Both the position numbers and the translations under genes were made by a program. A DNA stretch of 64,000 nt from Botryllus schlosseri (lineage: Eukaryota): positions 18,478,001-18,542,000 of the forward strand of contig CM119372.1 in assembly GCA_051294905.1 (NCBI GenBank), given 5' to 3'. This document shows positions 26,101 through 36,233 of the stretch, piece after piece; the stretch's first letter is position 1, and each line of letters starts with the position of its first letter. The notes under the pieces are model-generated. The model was given only the letters and a program-made list of their open reading frames with translations, did not search any database and was not told the DNA's origin.

Positions 26101-29100
26101 ATCGCTATCAGATACAGCTCCGTGAGGCGGCAAAGCGAAATGAGGCCTGGGTATGTGTTCGACGCTCCGGCTATGACTTTTAATTCTCGGGTAATTGTCA
26201 ATTTCGGAATTATTTAGATGTCACTGGCACCGGCCTAAAAGTCTTTGTTTTTGTTTTCCCTTTATACGTATCTAGTTTTTATTTTTGTTATATCTGTTAT
26301 TTCAGTTTTATGGCCACACCATAACATTTTAATTATATATAAAGTATATACCTTCAAATATGGTATATCAAATGTATGATCAAACTTCGATTTGGAAATC
26401 TTAGTCTGAAATAGCCGATGTGAATCTTAATGGATCAGACTTATGATGAAGTTTTGCAAGTCAAGTGCAACATGAAATTGACGAGAAATGGAACAATTCC
26501 TGGCAAATTGGTCTACAAGCTCAGCCCATCACCCATGTCATCAGACAGCCCTAGTAGCTCAGTGGTTAGACCGCTGGTATTGCATACAAGAGATCGCAGG
26601 TACTGTCCCCGATCCCCATGACCCAGCCACTGACAAGCAAAACTAGTCTGGGTGAATTGGCAACGCCACACTCGGTAGAAACCGAAGAACACTGTTTGAA
26701 TCCCTCCTCATTTGTCAAACAACGTTACAACATCACTGTCAGCTGCTCAATTTACAACACCTGTCGAATAATGCTCAATAGCTTGAATATTGACCAGCTG
26801 TTCCAAAACATATTTCAAAATTTGGCTGGGTGAACCCTTGGCAAGTATATTGGTATTTCGCGGCCCTATAGGAATCAAAGAATGCTATAGGTAAAATGAG
26901 AACGATTCACTGATAGCAAGTAGGGCATTATAGTAGATCCTTTGTAAACCGATGTGAAATCGTAATATATTATATCACAAGTACCAGGCATCCATCCTGT
27001 CGAAAGATTTGTGTTACCTAACGAATGTTGCATTCCAGAGAGCCCGAGCCACAAGTTCTTGACTACCCGACGCAGCAACACAAGCTGTTCACGTTGCTGG
27101 CGACGTCGTATGCTTTCTTCTTCGTACAGCAGAAAATGGTGGACATGTACGGTAGGATTAATGAAGAAATCGGAAAGGGCGAGTTCGGGAACATGCAAGA
27201 GGTCAGTTGGTAATAACGCTGCTTCCTTAGCATTAATCATAATTTTCTGCATCAGAGATGTTTGTACTGAAATTAATAGTATGAACCCCTGATACTTCTC
27301 AGTTTTTCGATTACCGCTACTCAGAGGTGGTCAGTGACAAAGTACTCAATTAGGCTATGCCAACTTCACTTGCACTAAAGTGTATATGTTTCAAACTAGT
27401 ACTTGTATTTCACTACTTTTGAAGCAGAAGTATTTTCTTATGTACACTTTATGTCTTGTAAAGTAGTTTGGGGATATGCTCGTGTCATGGCGATAAGTGA
27501 AATTGTCATGACAGCCGCATCATCTGAAGTGAATATTTTTTGAAAAGTGCAAACCAAATCCACTTTTGAAATTTCCTACCTGGGTACTTTTGAGACCTCT
27601 CAATTTTTCTGGTATTTTACCTGAAGTAGTTTTGGCATATCAGCGAAACCGCTACTTGAACTTGAAATGGAGTAGAAATCTACTGGAGAATTGTTTATTG
27701 TTATTGGAATTGAACTTGCTGACCTCCAGGCTAACATTGAACTGTGTTTGCACAAAAGCAAACTTTTTAAATTTTTATTTGACTGATAGACACGCTAGTG
27801 AAGGAACTACCAATGCGTTGAAGTTGAAGGCATTTTTATTTTTAATGGAAGGCATTAACGGTGTGTGCTGCGAGATATAGGTACCGGATTAATTTGTTTC
27901 GTTTAGTGCAATGATTTAAGACTATCACTGAATCGGTTTTGATGGACCAGCGATATCTTTTGATCAATTCCAGTGTTCGCGAATTAATGTCTTGTTAGAA
28001 TAGATCTCTTGCGTTGTGAGCCTCAATTCTACTGTGCGGGCTACCAACGTAGGGTTGACGGCCGGAGTGCGGCACTGAAGTCAAAGCATTATATATATTA
28101 GTTGCTGATGTTCTGCCATTTTTGTAGAAGTTTTGAATCGGATGCAGAGCCAAACTGGCTGCGAAACTTGACTATACGATGCGTTTATTGTATGTTGTCT
28201 ATCGCAGTTACACTCCGTGTCGTCCGGTTTGAAGGCTTTCACGACCGCTGTGACGAACAGCGGCATAGAAGTGTGCAGAATGTCTTGCGGCGGCCACGGC
28301 TACTCTGTCGCGAGCGGTCTGCCCGACTTGTATGCCTATTTCACGCCGAACTGCACTTACGAAGGAGAAAACACGGTGTTGTTGCTGCAAACTGCCAGGT
28401 CAGTCGCATACCGGGGTGGTCAGTAACAAAGTAATTCTGGATTTTCGGAGTACTCAAGTTTGTTTTGCCTACTTGCAGTAGTGTTTATGTTTTAGACCAC
28501 TGTTACTTCTAATTATAGTTTTTTGGAAAAACTACTTTGTACAATTTTGATTTTGAAAAGTAGAATGAAGTTTTGACATACAATTGAATCGCTTGAAATT
28601 GCCGAAATAAGTGAAATATAGCTTGAATCACGGTAATTGAATCTATTTTCGAACACTCTACCTTTGTGTAGTGTCATTTTCCGTTAGTCGCTAAGATGCA
28701 TCTCTCAATCTCGAAAGTAGCCGCCTCTAACTGACCACTAAAATTGTGCGACCATTCGGCCAAATCTTGTCTTTAAAACTACTTTCACAAGTACTTTATA
28801 TGCGAAGTTTATTACAAAGACCACAACATAAATTGCTACAAGGGCACAACAGCAAGGCAACAACAAAAGTCGACCTCTCTCTGCACCGTTGCATCTGATC
28901 TGCCAGCCAATTGTACATGTACAGTACACGTCCGTCCGCCTAAACTCGAATCAATCACACGTGTGATACTCAGCTGCCGAGGCGACACTAATCTTGAGCT
29001 ACACAAAGGCACACCTTCTATTTTCTACTTCGGCTTGAATTAGTTTTGTCACTTCTTGGATCCGCTTCTTCTACTTGTAATTGAGTATAAATTTTCGTCT

Positions 29101-32100
29101 TTACTTCTACATCTACTATGGTAGCATTGCTGTTCTACTTTGATCACCCCTAGTCACTTATATAGTCACCGTTTCCGATTTGTAAAAGGCCCAACCCTTT
29201 ACCATCACCTCTTTAGGTACTTGATCAAGTGCTTCAGAGACAGGAATTTATCTGGCGACTCTATCGACTACCTCAGGAAAGGCGCGTGGCGTAGACCCGC
29301 CAACGTGGACCTGACGGACATTGGCTTGCTGTGTAGACTGTACGAACAGCGCGCCAGAGGGTAAGCGATTGTCTTAATGTTGATATATCACTGTGTTGTG
29401 ACATTGTGTTCCGTATGGCAGCCTGGTCACTTTTTCGGCGGAAAAAGTGGATGAAGCAATGCGGAAGGGCGAAGATATGGTCGGCGCGTTGAACAAAGCC
29501 TCTCTCCATACCGTCCGCGGTGCTAATGTGAGTCAGCAACGTTCGGAAAATACGCTTCTCCTTTGCCGACTGTTTCGTGCTATGTTTCAGGCTCATTGCC
29601 ACTATTACGTTGTCAAGTCGTTTGCGGACAAGTTACAGTCGTTGGAGATGTCAGCACCTTTGAGGGTTGTGCTAACAGATCTGGCGAGGTTGTATGCATT
29701 GGACGGCATTGCGAAGTGCAGCGGCGAATTCATGGAGGTAATCTGCGTGTTTTGTGGTGATAAATAAAATTTGCTGTTTTCAGTGGTCGTCGTGGTCAGT
29801 AACAAAGTAGCCTACTCAGGCGCGTTGCCAGCCGAAAATAAGGGGGAGGGGGTTTGAAATAAAAGGGGGGGTCTATATTTTTTAGAATTTAGTATATATA
29901 GCATCAATTCATTAGGGTTAAGTACATGCATAAATAACGATTATACTACATCCTCGTGTTGGCGATTATACGCGTATGATAAGCTTGTCGACGAGTCCGG
30001 AAGTGCTGTTAATTAGCGACTTCCTGATCTGTCGTGAACAATTAAATATGCGCGCTTTTCAACACGCGTCCTACAATTAAATACGCGCGCTTATCAATGC
30101 GTCTTACGAAGCCTCGGCGACGATTTGCGCAAATCAAAATGTACGAGTTTTTATGGAATATGGGCTATAATGACGCCGATTTCAGGTTGTTCAAACCTTA
30201 CCTCTTTTATAAGTCAAGCCTTGGCACACAGCTTCTTATGGTCGTTGTCGTCTGTTGTACGGTGCGCGGACTCCTTTACAGGAAAGTAACAAGCTCGTGA
30301 ACACCCGGAATCATTGAAATTTTGTTTATTTGAATGTTTTTCATTCTGTTCATGTTTTTCATTCTGCGTTCTCTCTCTCTCTTTCCCCTGCCTGCCCAGC
30401 ACACGTGTAAGCTATAGCTCTCTAGACCAGTGGTTCCCAACCTGGGGGCGTGCCCCCCCCAAGGGGTGCGCGAAGAGGTGGTCAACTGAAAAAAATTTTC
30501 GCGCTTTGCGCGATTTACCTCCAATTCACGCGTCGTTCTCTATATATAGACCGAATTTCAGATTTTTAAATTCTCTCATCAACAGTCATAACCTTCCATG
30601 CAATCAAACAATCTTTTGAAGTTGCTAGCATCCCGGTTGGATTTTGTGATATGACGATAAAAGGGGCGCGAAATTTTTCACTATCATAGAGGTGGCGTAT
30701 CTAAAAAAAGGTTGGGAACCACTGCTCTAGACAAACAAAATGTTAGGCAAATCATACTATGACTTGAAGCCGACTTACACAGAGATCGCACTTTTTGTGA
30801 TCAGACGAAATTGCCATAGCCACTTGTCTGTGCGTGGCACTCATTGGCTACTAACTATCCAACACGACATACTTGGAAACAAAGCAAAGTAACCGCAGGA
30901 GAGATCGTGTGAAGCGCGAGGAAATAGTTTGAAATTTCTTTTGCAAAAAAACAAATAATAATTGCATTAGGCGACCGCTCGATTGGTCTAGTGCAGTGTG
31001 CAGTGGTTCCCAACCGATAGGGAATTCACCACTGGTGGGAATTCAATGGTTTCTGGTGGGGAATAGATACATTTGTTAAACATTATATACAGGATAGTCT
31101 CTGCATATTTATGGAGACACATGCGCAATTACCGTTACCTGGTAACTGCTCTGAAATGTATGTATGGAATACGCGTTGTTCACATAAACTCATTTTTAAC
31201 TCTGGATAGCCAATCACGGAGTCACAAACACATCCAGGACGACAAGTATGACGTGAACTAACGCTTTCGCTAAAGTTTTAGGGTTACCAGTATCGGTTCA
31301 CAATGCGATTCCAGTTGCAATTTTAGGCGATTGTCTTCTTCTTTTTTTTATTCACATAATTGATGCTTTTAACAACTTGGGTCATTTGCGCCCAGCACTG
31401 AAATTGCATTAACGTCAATGTCTTTGCGGTCTTTTTCTGGTCATTTGCTGCCATCTTTCCAGAGTTCGGCTCTCTCTTTCTCTGAGCTTTTCAAGGCGCT
31501 GTGTGTAGAGCGGGATCGGCAATGAGGAGCCCTGATAAACCTCCGACACATAGAAACATAGCAGAGCCGAGACTCGAACCGCCAACCATTAGTGCACCGT
31601 TTAACCAACTACGCCACTCGCTTCCGTGGCGGTCGTTTTGCGTACGTGGTTGTGTGTCTTGTGTACTCAAACAAGCAAATAGCTGCTCCGTAATGACAAT
31701 AGTTAAAAGGAAATACAACGATAGTTTTGGGTAGTGGGGGAATGAAGACTCGGCATAAATCTGAAGTGGGGAATGAACACAAAAAGATTGGGAACCACTG
31801 CTCTAGTGCAACCGCGACTGAAACTTACACCCTTTGTGTTCTTTACTTTGTGAGGCGCTGTTTTTGTTTTCTAATATCAAGTTGACTCTATGTAATAGTG
31901 GCACACTTGGCGGTACCTTACTTTTAAAGCAGCATAATTTTGTATGAAAGTATCATTTTAATAGAGTTGCTTAGCGGTTATATTGGTGTTCCAGCTGCTA
32001 TTCTGGCTAGACATCTTCTGCATCATGTATGTATACTACTCAATAAACTATGAGTGAATGCGTGACTGTTTAATTCATAGCAATCCATTTTGATTTTGCG

Positions 32101-32689
32101 TTTTCAGGAGAATCTTCTGTCTGCGGCCGAAGTGAAGAAATGTCACCAATTGGTCGCCGAATTACTTCCGATCATCCGTCCCAACGCCGTATCTCTGGTG
32201 GATGCTTTTGAGTTCTCGTACGTGCCCTAACTATTGCGCCGTTCGCTATGCCCACATTCACCTTGCACTTGTGTTTTCACAGGGATGACATGCTCATGTC
32301 CGTGCTTGGCCGCTACGACGGAAATGTCTACGAGAATCTTCTGAAATGGGCGATGAAATCGGACTTGAATAAAACTGATGTGAGTGGACACTGGACATGT
32401 TCTGTCTAATATTTTCAAAGGGGTCGTATTTGACTTTGAAATTTGACTGGTTCTGAGCAAGGCCGTTTCGATCTAGGTGTCTAGTTGAAGTAAAATTGAC
32501 ACGTAATTTACCGAATTGGCGCGTAGTATTGTCCATTGGAAAAGTGCAAAGTCTTCAGTTAGAGTCACACCTCCGATCTCTCCGAACTGGTGATGCCCAT
32601 TTGATAAGACTTCATTCGTGTTCCAGGTCATTCCGGCGTATGAGAAGCATATCAGACCGCTTTTGAAGAGAAACCAAGCCAAATTATGA
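13975..32689 (+). CDS. ACOX1: Peroxisomal acyl-CoA oxidase 1-like, whole gene span, 15 coding exons, 663 aa
   Basis: Hand-spliced exons: 13975-14101, 23045-23210, 23275-23438, 23705-23812, 23875-23994, 25803-25918, 25981-26150, 27039-27201, 28208-28398, 29217-29360, 29422-29527, 29591-29737, 32108-32217, 32283-32379, 32627-32689. All introns are GT-AG, phases are compatible, and the total is 1992 nt. ACOX motifs present: [47 protein letters not shown] (catalytic Glu), [21 protein letters not shown], and C-terminal PTS1 AKL*. Confidence 0.96.
14371..15430. repeat. Degenerate CCCTAA/TTAGGG-rich foldback repeat
   Basis: G-rich arm at 14371-14460, then many AACCCTAA units; 14371-14420 is an imperfect inverted match to 15345-15400. 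Confidence 0.6.
14554..15143. mobile_element. MITE, TAGGGCAAGTTTTTG family with AGTTGCA repeats
   Basis: TIR TAGGGCAAGTTTTTG / CAAAAACTTGCCCTA; flanking direct repeat CTAATA. Confidence 0.85.
16549..16954. mobile_element. MITE, CAGAGATGAGC family with AATCC repeats; young
   Basis: TIR CAGAGATGAGC / GCTCATCTCTG; perfect TSD CTGAATGG; almost identical to 35513-35940. Confidence 0.95.
17040..20010 (+). pseudogene. Academ transposase pseudogene with stops, frameshifts and nested MITEs
   Basis: ORF fragments 17103-17672, 17685-17800, parts of 18759-19454 and 19517-19702 are collinear pieces of one protein. Confidence 0.8.
18159..18672. mobile_element. MITE, CAGGGTTGTAA/GACTC family
   Basis: TIRs as at 2163; TSD GCTCCACG / CCTACACG. 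Confidence 0.88.
20873..22581. mobile_element. hAT MITE (CAGAGGTCTCAAA, GCGGGCCGC subterminal motif) with nested elements
   Basis: TIR CAGAGGTCTCAAA / TTTGAGACCTCTG; TSD GTCTATAC / ATCTATAC. Confidence 0.88.
21182..21358. mobile_element. Small MITE, CAATGTTCCCTCTA family
   Basis: Perfect TSD ATCATGAC; homologous to 11399. Confidence 0.9.
22671..22847 (+). mobile_element. Retroelement 3' end with (TC)n tail
   Basis: Matches 8136-8318 in reverse orientation. Confidence 0.7.
23045..23210 (+). CDS. ACOX1: ACOX1 exon 2 ([10 protein letters not shown]...FVNYNT)
   Basis: Acceptor TTATCAG (an alternative CAG lies 6 nt downstream), donor AC|GTGCGT. Confidence 0.85.
23275..23438 (+). CDS. ACOX1: ACOX1 exon 3 ([11 protein letters not shown]...YAQTEMGH)
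   Basis: Acceptor GTAG, donor G|GTTAGT, conserved motif. Confidence 0.95.
23705..23812 (+). CDS. ACOX1: ACOX1 exon 4 ([11 protein letters not shown]...KWWPGT)
   Basis: Acceptor TTTAG, donor T|GTAAGC. Confidence 0.95.
23875..23994 (+). CDS. ACOX1: ACOX1 exon 5 ([14 protein letters not shown]...SLPG)
   Basis: Acceptor TTCAG, donor G|GTGTGG. Confidence 0.95.
24182..25168. mobile_element. Degenerate MITE with CAAGT/GAGTC repeats in ACOX1 intron 5
   Basis: CAATGCAAATTATGAC / GTCATCCTTGCACTG ends with AGTCA arrays near both; TSD not clear. Confidence 0.55.
25803..25918 (+). CDS. ACOX1: ACOX1 exon 6 ([11 protein letters not shown]...MKNAQ)
   Basis: Acceptor TTTTAG, donor CAG|GTATGT. Confidence 0.95.
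25981..26150 (+). CDS. ACOX1: ACOX1 exon 7 (VLPDGTYV...[17 protein letters not shown])
   Basis: Acceptor TTCCAAG, donor GG|GTATGT. Confidence 0.95.
26543..26735 (+). mobile_element. Degenerate tRNA-derived SINE in ACOX1 intron 7
   Basis: A box TAGCTCAGTGGTTAGA, decayed B box, CAA-rich tail. Confidence 0.45.
27039..27201 (+). CDS. ACOX1: ACOX1 exon 8 ([16 protein letters not shown]...NMQE)
   Basis: Acceptor TTCCAG, donor GAG|GTCAGT. Confidence 0.95.
27322..27729. mobile_element. MITE, CAGAGGTGGTCA/AGTA family in ACOX1 intron 8
   Basis: Starts CAGAGGTGGTCAGT, has AGTAG/ACTT repeats; right end degenerate. Confidence 0.65.
28208..28398 (+). CDS. ACOX1: ACOX1 exon 9 ([10 protein letters not shown]...CGGHGY...[15 protein letters not shown])
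   Basis: Acceptor TCGCAG, donor AG|GTCAGT, carries the catalytic Glu. Confidence 0.96.
28411..29152. mobile_element. MITE, (C/T)AGGGGTGGTCA/AGTA family filling ACOX1 intron 9
   Basis: Ends CCGGGGTGGTCA / TGATCACCCCTA; TSD GTCGCATA / GTCACTTA. Confidence 0.75.
29217..29360 (+). CDS. ACOX1: ACOX1 exon 10 (YLIKCF...YEQRARG)
   Basis: Acceptor CTTTAG, donor GG|GTAAGC. Confidence 0.92.
29422..29527 (+). CDS. ACOX1: ACOX1 exon 11 (LVTFSAEKV...VRGAN)
   Basis: Acceptor GGCAG, donor AAT|GTGAGT. Confidence 0.88.
29591..29737 (+). CDS. ACOX1: ACOX1 exon 12 ([11 protein letters not shown]...SGEFME)
   Basis: Acceptor TTTCAG, donor GAG|GTAATC. Confidence 0.93.
30428..30724. mobile_element. About 300-bp hAT (Charlie/Buster) MITE, multi-copy family
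   Basis: TIR CAGTGGTTCCCAACC; perfect TSD CTCTAGAC; relatives at 45468, 54325, 59119, 60768 and a truncated copy at 17807. Confidence 0.95.
30994..31800. mobile_element. hAT MITE (GTGGGGAAT repeats) carrying a SINE
   Basis: CAGTG(TGCAGTG)GTTCCCAA / TTGGGAACCACTG ends; TSD GTCTAGTG / CTCTAGTG. Confidence 0.8.
31334..31624 (-). mobile_element. tRNA-derived SINE
   Basis: Minus strand: A box TGGCGTAGTTGG, B box GTTCGAGTC, core shared with 3305, tail AATAAAAAAAGAAGAAG. Confidence 0.75.
32108..32217 (+). CDS. ACOX1: ACOX1 exon 13 (ENLLSA...[14 protein letters not shown])
   Basis: Acceptor TTTTCAG, donor TC|GTACGT. Confidence 0.93.
32283..32379 (+). CDS. ACOX1: ACOX1 exon 14 ([19 protein letters not shown]...NKTD)
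   Basis: Acceptor TTCACAG, donor GAT|GTGAGT. Confidence 0.94.
32627..32689 (+). CDS. ACOX1: ACOX1 exon 15 ([20 protein letters not shown]), PTS1
   Basis: Acceptor TTCCAG, TGA stop at 32687-32689, AKL tripeptide; candidate polyA signals ATTAAA at 32702 and AATAAA at 32939. Confidence 0.93.
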   Translation, partial: VIPAYEKHIRPLLKRNQAKL

Positions 32690-33461
32690 GATCCGCATTT
32701 TATTAAAATCGTATTGAGAACACAAATCTGCTTGTAATTATGCGACTTAACTATGCTTTTGAATGCCTAATTCTCTATAGAGTAACGATAATTTTACTGG
32801 CGCAAGATTTATCACAAGGTACGGTTTGGGGCAGTGTTTTCGCTCTACTACTTCTGTTTATTTATAAATATTCTGCAGTTTCATTCTGAATGAGTATCCT
32901 AACGCGATATTGTCTGATCTATCACGCTTGTTCTGTGCAATAAAGATTAATTTACGTAGCTTAAGAATTTAGTTATTTGTCACGGTCAGCCGGGTATTTG
33001 TGCGGTCGCACGTCCACTTCCTACAGACAGATATATCGGGCAGTTTGGTTATATATATTCAACACTACTCAAACGCAGTCTTGGAATCCCAATTCCGTGA
33101 TGTTCGACATTTCTCCACTTCAGTTTTGCAGAATTCGAGCGGGATTTTTTGCAATTCGACAGCGTAATCTCAAGATGTATTTTGAGAATATTCAATCATC
33201 CATGTTGCGTCAGAGCGGAATTTGCCTGCTGCGAGATTGTATTGACACATGCAAGTGTAATTTCAAGATATAGTTTTGAATATGTATGTAAGGCTTCGTG
33301 TTGCGGAAGTTGCTACGGATTTTACTATGAGCCAGTAGCATAGGGTTACCGTATTTTGTGGATCTAATTCCGGACATTCTTCAGCGCCCACCAGCGGATT
33401 TCACAATGACGTATGAACTCATTGTCAGTCAATATGACGTCACACTAGCAAAACGTCGACT

Positions 33462-33694
33462 CAGACTTGGACAACTAGATAATTCCAGTTGTCTAATTTC
33501 GCTAAATTAGAGCGAAATGCCAGTAATCTAATTCTAATCTAATTTGGAAAAGCTGAAAATTTTCTAGTTGTCCAAGTATATGGTTGGACAACTAGATAAT
33601 ACTAGTTGTATAATTTCACTAAATTAGAGCGAAATGCCGGTAATCTAATTCTAATCTAATTTGGAAAAGCTGAAAATTTTCTAGTCCAAGTCTG
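33462..33694. mobile_element. Tandem-dimer MITE CAGACTTGGAC with CTAATT repeats
   Basis: Two head-to-tail units of about 115 bp; ends CAGACTTGGAC / GTCCAAGTCTG; flanks GTCGACT / ATCGACT. Confidence 0.8.
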
Positions 33695-34314
33695 ATCGAC
33701 TGTACGGGAGTGAAGTGGAACATAGGTTTTGAATTGGGCCATCTCTAATGTGAGCTCTGGTTATTGCTTGGGTCAGCAACAGATTTCTTCGCGGGTTGGA
33801 TGAAATCGTCTGCATGGTGGACGTTATCCGGTCCGCTGGTTGTGTGTTTGACAGTTCTGCTATACTGTTAGGTTGGTGCGGTTATCTGGTAGGCCTGAGC
33901 CGGATCAGTACTTTTTTGATACGACCAGAATCTTTATGGATAGGCATGACTTTTGTAACTAAATAACTACCAACCAACCAAACGGAGGTAACTGCCAAGC
34001 CAGTGCGAAAATAAACGTGCCATATTTATAAATTCACCGAACCACCGTACCGTGTAGGGTCGGACTTTTTCAATTTTGGCCGGAGCCGGATCAGTACTTT
34101 TTCCTGATACAGCCGGAGCCGGACCAGAGAATGGAAAAGTCGGACCAGAGAATTAGTCGATCCGCTCCGCACTATTATCTGGTTGTGTGTTGTAAGTTCT
34201 AACCAGGTCCAAAACAACATTTTTTCAGCCCCTTCCGCCGAAAAAGCACTAATATTGGGCCCTCCATAGGGTAATCCATGCAACTTCTTGTGGGCTTACT
34301 ACATGCATCTACTT

Positions 34315-35979
34315 CAGTGGTTCCCAACCTTTTTCCATCCACGTACCACTTCGAGGTTTTATGCGGTGCTCGCGTACCACCTACATAAGTTACGCGCGCC
34401 GTAGGGTAGGCGGGCAAAAATGTTTTCACCATTTAAGGCGTCATAATCACGTATTTGATCTATGTGGGGAGTAATAAGAATAACTAGGGCGAATTTTCAC
34501 CTAAAAACGGAGGATTTTGACCTAAAAACACTTAATTTTGACCCAATTTTGACATCACGTATGCAAAGTAGGTGTTTTCGCACATATTGTTAAAATTGTA
34601 CTACTTATTTTCATTTTTGGTTGGGACTGTCTGTCCTTACGAAGTAGCTCGGCCTGAAAAAGCGTTTCTGACTTAAAAACGGACAAATTTTTACATGAAA
34701 GAACTTTATTTTAACGATATCTGGCCCTATGAAGAATTCCAGTCGTTACACCACGTTAGAATTTGTTGTGGTACAACGAAAAATACTTTCCTACATTTTC
34801 GGGTAGAAAGTGTCTGACCTTACTAAGTAGCTTGGCAAGAATGGAGAAAGGACGTTCAACAGCAGCAGTTGTTCGCTGACAACACTGAAGTTGTGCGTGC
34901 ACTGCTGGTGACACACCATATTGCTTTATTCTGACAATGTTGTCTACACTCTACAAGTCTACATCATTATTTTTGATCATGCGCTTCTTGATATGAGAAC
35001 CATGCAATGCGCAAGCAGTCTTGCTCCAGTCGGAATATTGCGGTACGTTGACCATAACACCATGTCAATTGTCAACCTATTTGTTTCGTTTGACCGTTTA
35101 TGATTCACGATGAGCAGACAATGGTCCGTCTACGACGGTAGGCCTATAAAGTAGGCTACAAGCTGTAAAATATCAAATAAGTTCACCGACAGTACAAAAT
35201 CTTCGATACAAACGAAATGAAGGGGTCTAAAAATTTCGATTTTGTAAACAATTTTGACAATTTTTTGACCTAACGCTGCAATTTTGACAAAATTATGACT
35301 TATTGTGACATGTCAAAAAAATCCCCCTAGTAATAGCAGATTCTATTAAACTAGTCATTATCAGCCACGGTTGATGGGATGAAGGGAATTGTATTTTCAC
35401 CACTAGTCAAAAAAAATTAAAATCAACCCCACCTGAACTAATAACTCCCCTCGGAGAAAAAAAACACAGAATCTACTCGAGTACCACCTGGAAGACCTTC
35501 GCGTACCACTAGCAGAGATGAGCGGATTTGAAATTTTTATGTCCTAATCCAATCCAAATCCGAACCTTCAAATCCAAATCCAAATCCTAATCCATAACTT
35601 TTTCATATTCAAGTCCATGTCCAATCCTAATCCGATTCCAACTGGAAATTCAGAAAAAATACTAATTTATGCAATAGGGGAATTCGAAATTTTTCTGTCA
35701 CAACCAACGATTCACTTGATTCAAGATAACTTAGTAACCATAAGTACATTAATAACTGATCTGAATAAAGTTTGTCGCCATTCGCCACACGTCATTTCAA
35801 TCTCCCAGAAAATCGGTCAATCCAATCCGAAATCCTAATCCGTTCTGAAAAAAATGTCTAATCCAAATCCAATCCAAATCCGACAAAATTTCACAAATCC
35901 TGTTTTTTCAAAACCTAATCCTAATCCATGCTCATCTCTGACCACTAGTGGTACGCATACCACAGGTTGGGAACCAGTG
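34315..35979. mobile_element. hAT MITE with CGTACCAC subterminal repeats
   Basis: TIR CAGTGGTTCCCAACC / GGTTGGGAACCAGTG; perfect TSD ATCTACTT. Confidence 0.92.
35513..35940. mobile_element. MITE, CAGAGATGAGC family; young
   Basis: Perfect TSD ACCACTAG; near-identical to 16549-16954. Confidence 0.95.
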
Positions 35980-36233
35980 ATCTACTTGTTAAAATTTGTG
36001 AATAAATTCTGTCAATAATATTGGATCTTCCCCATATACTACTATAAAATACATCATTAGGTTACACATCCGGTGGTTTCCAACCTTTTATGACCGCGAG
36101 ATCATTTCCAATATGAAAATGTTCCGTAGTCCAGCTCAAAAAGTGATAGGTTGATTAATAAAAAAGTCACCTTGCCCAGACTTATACTCACGGCCTATTT
36201 TGGAAGCTGATGACGTCCAACATCTTCGCGATC

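Noticed and set aside
32687..32695. Stop-codon readthrough to a cryptic PTS1
   Set aside because: PTS1 AKL already precedes the stop, and the context is TGA GAT rather than TGA CTA
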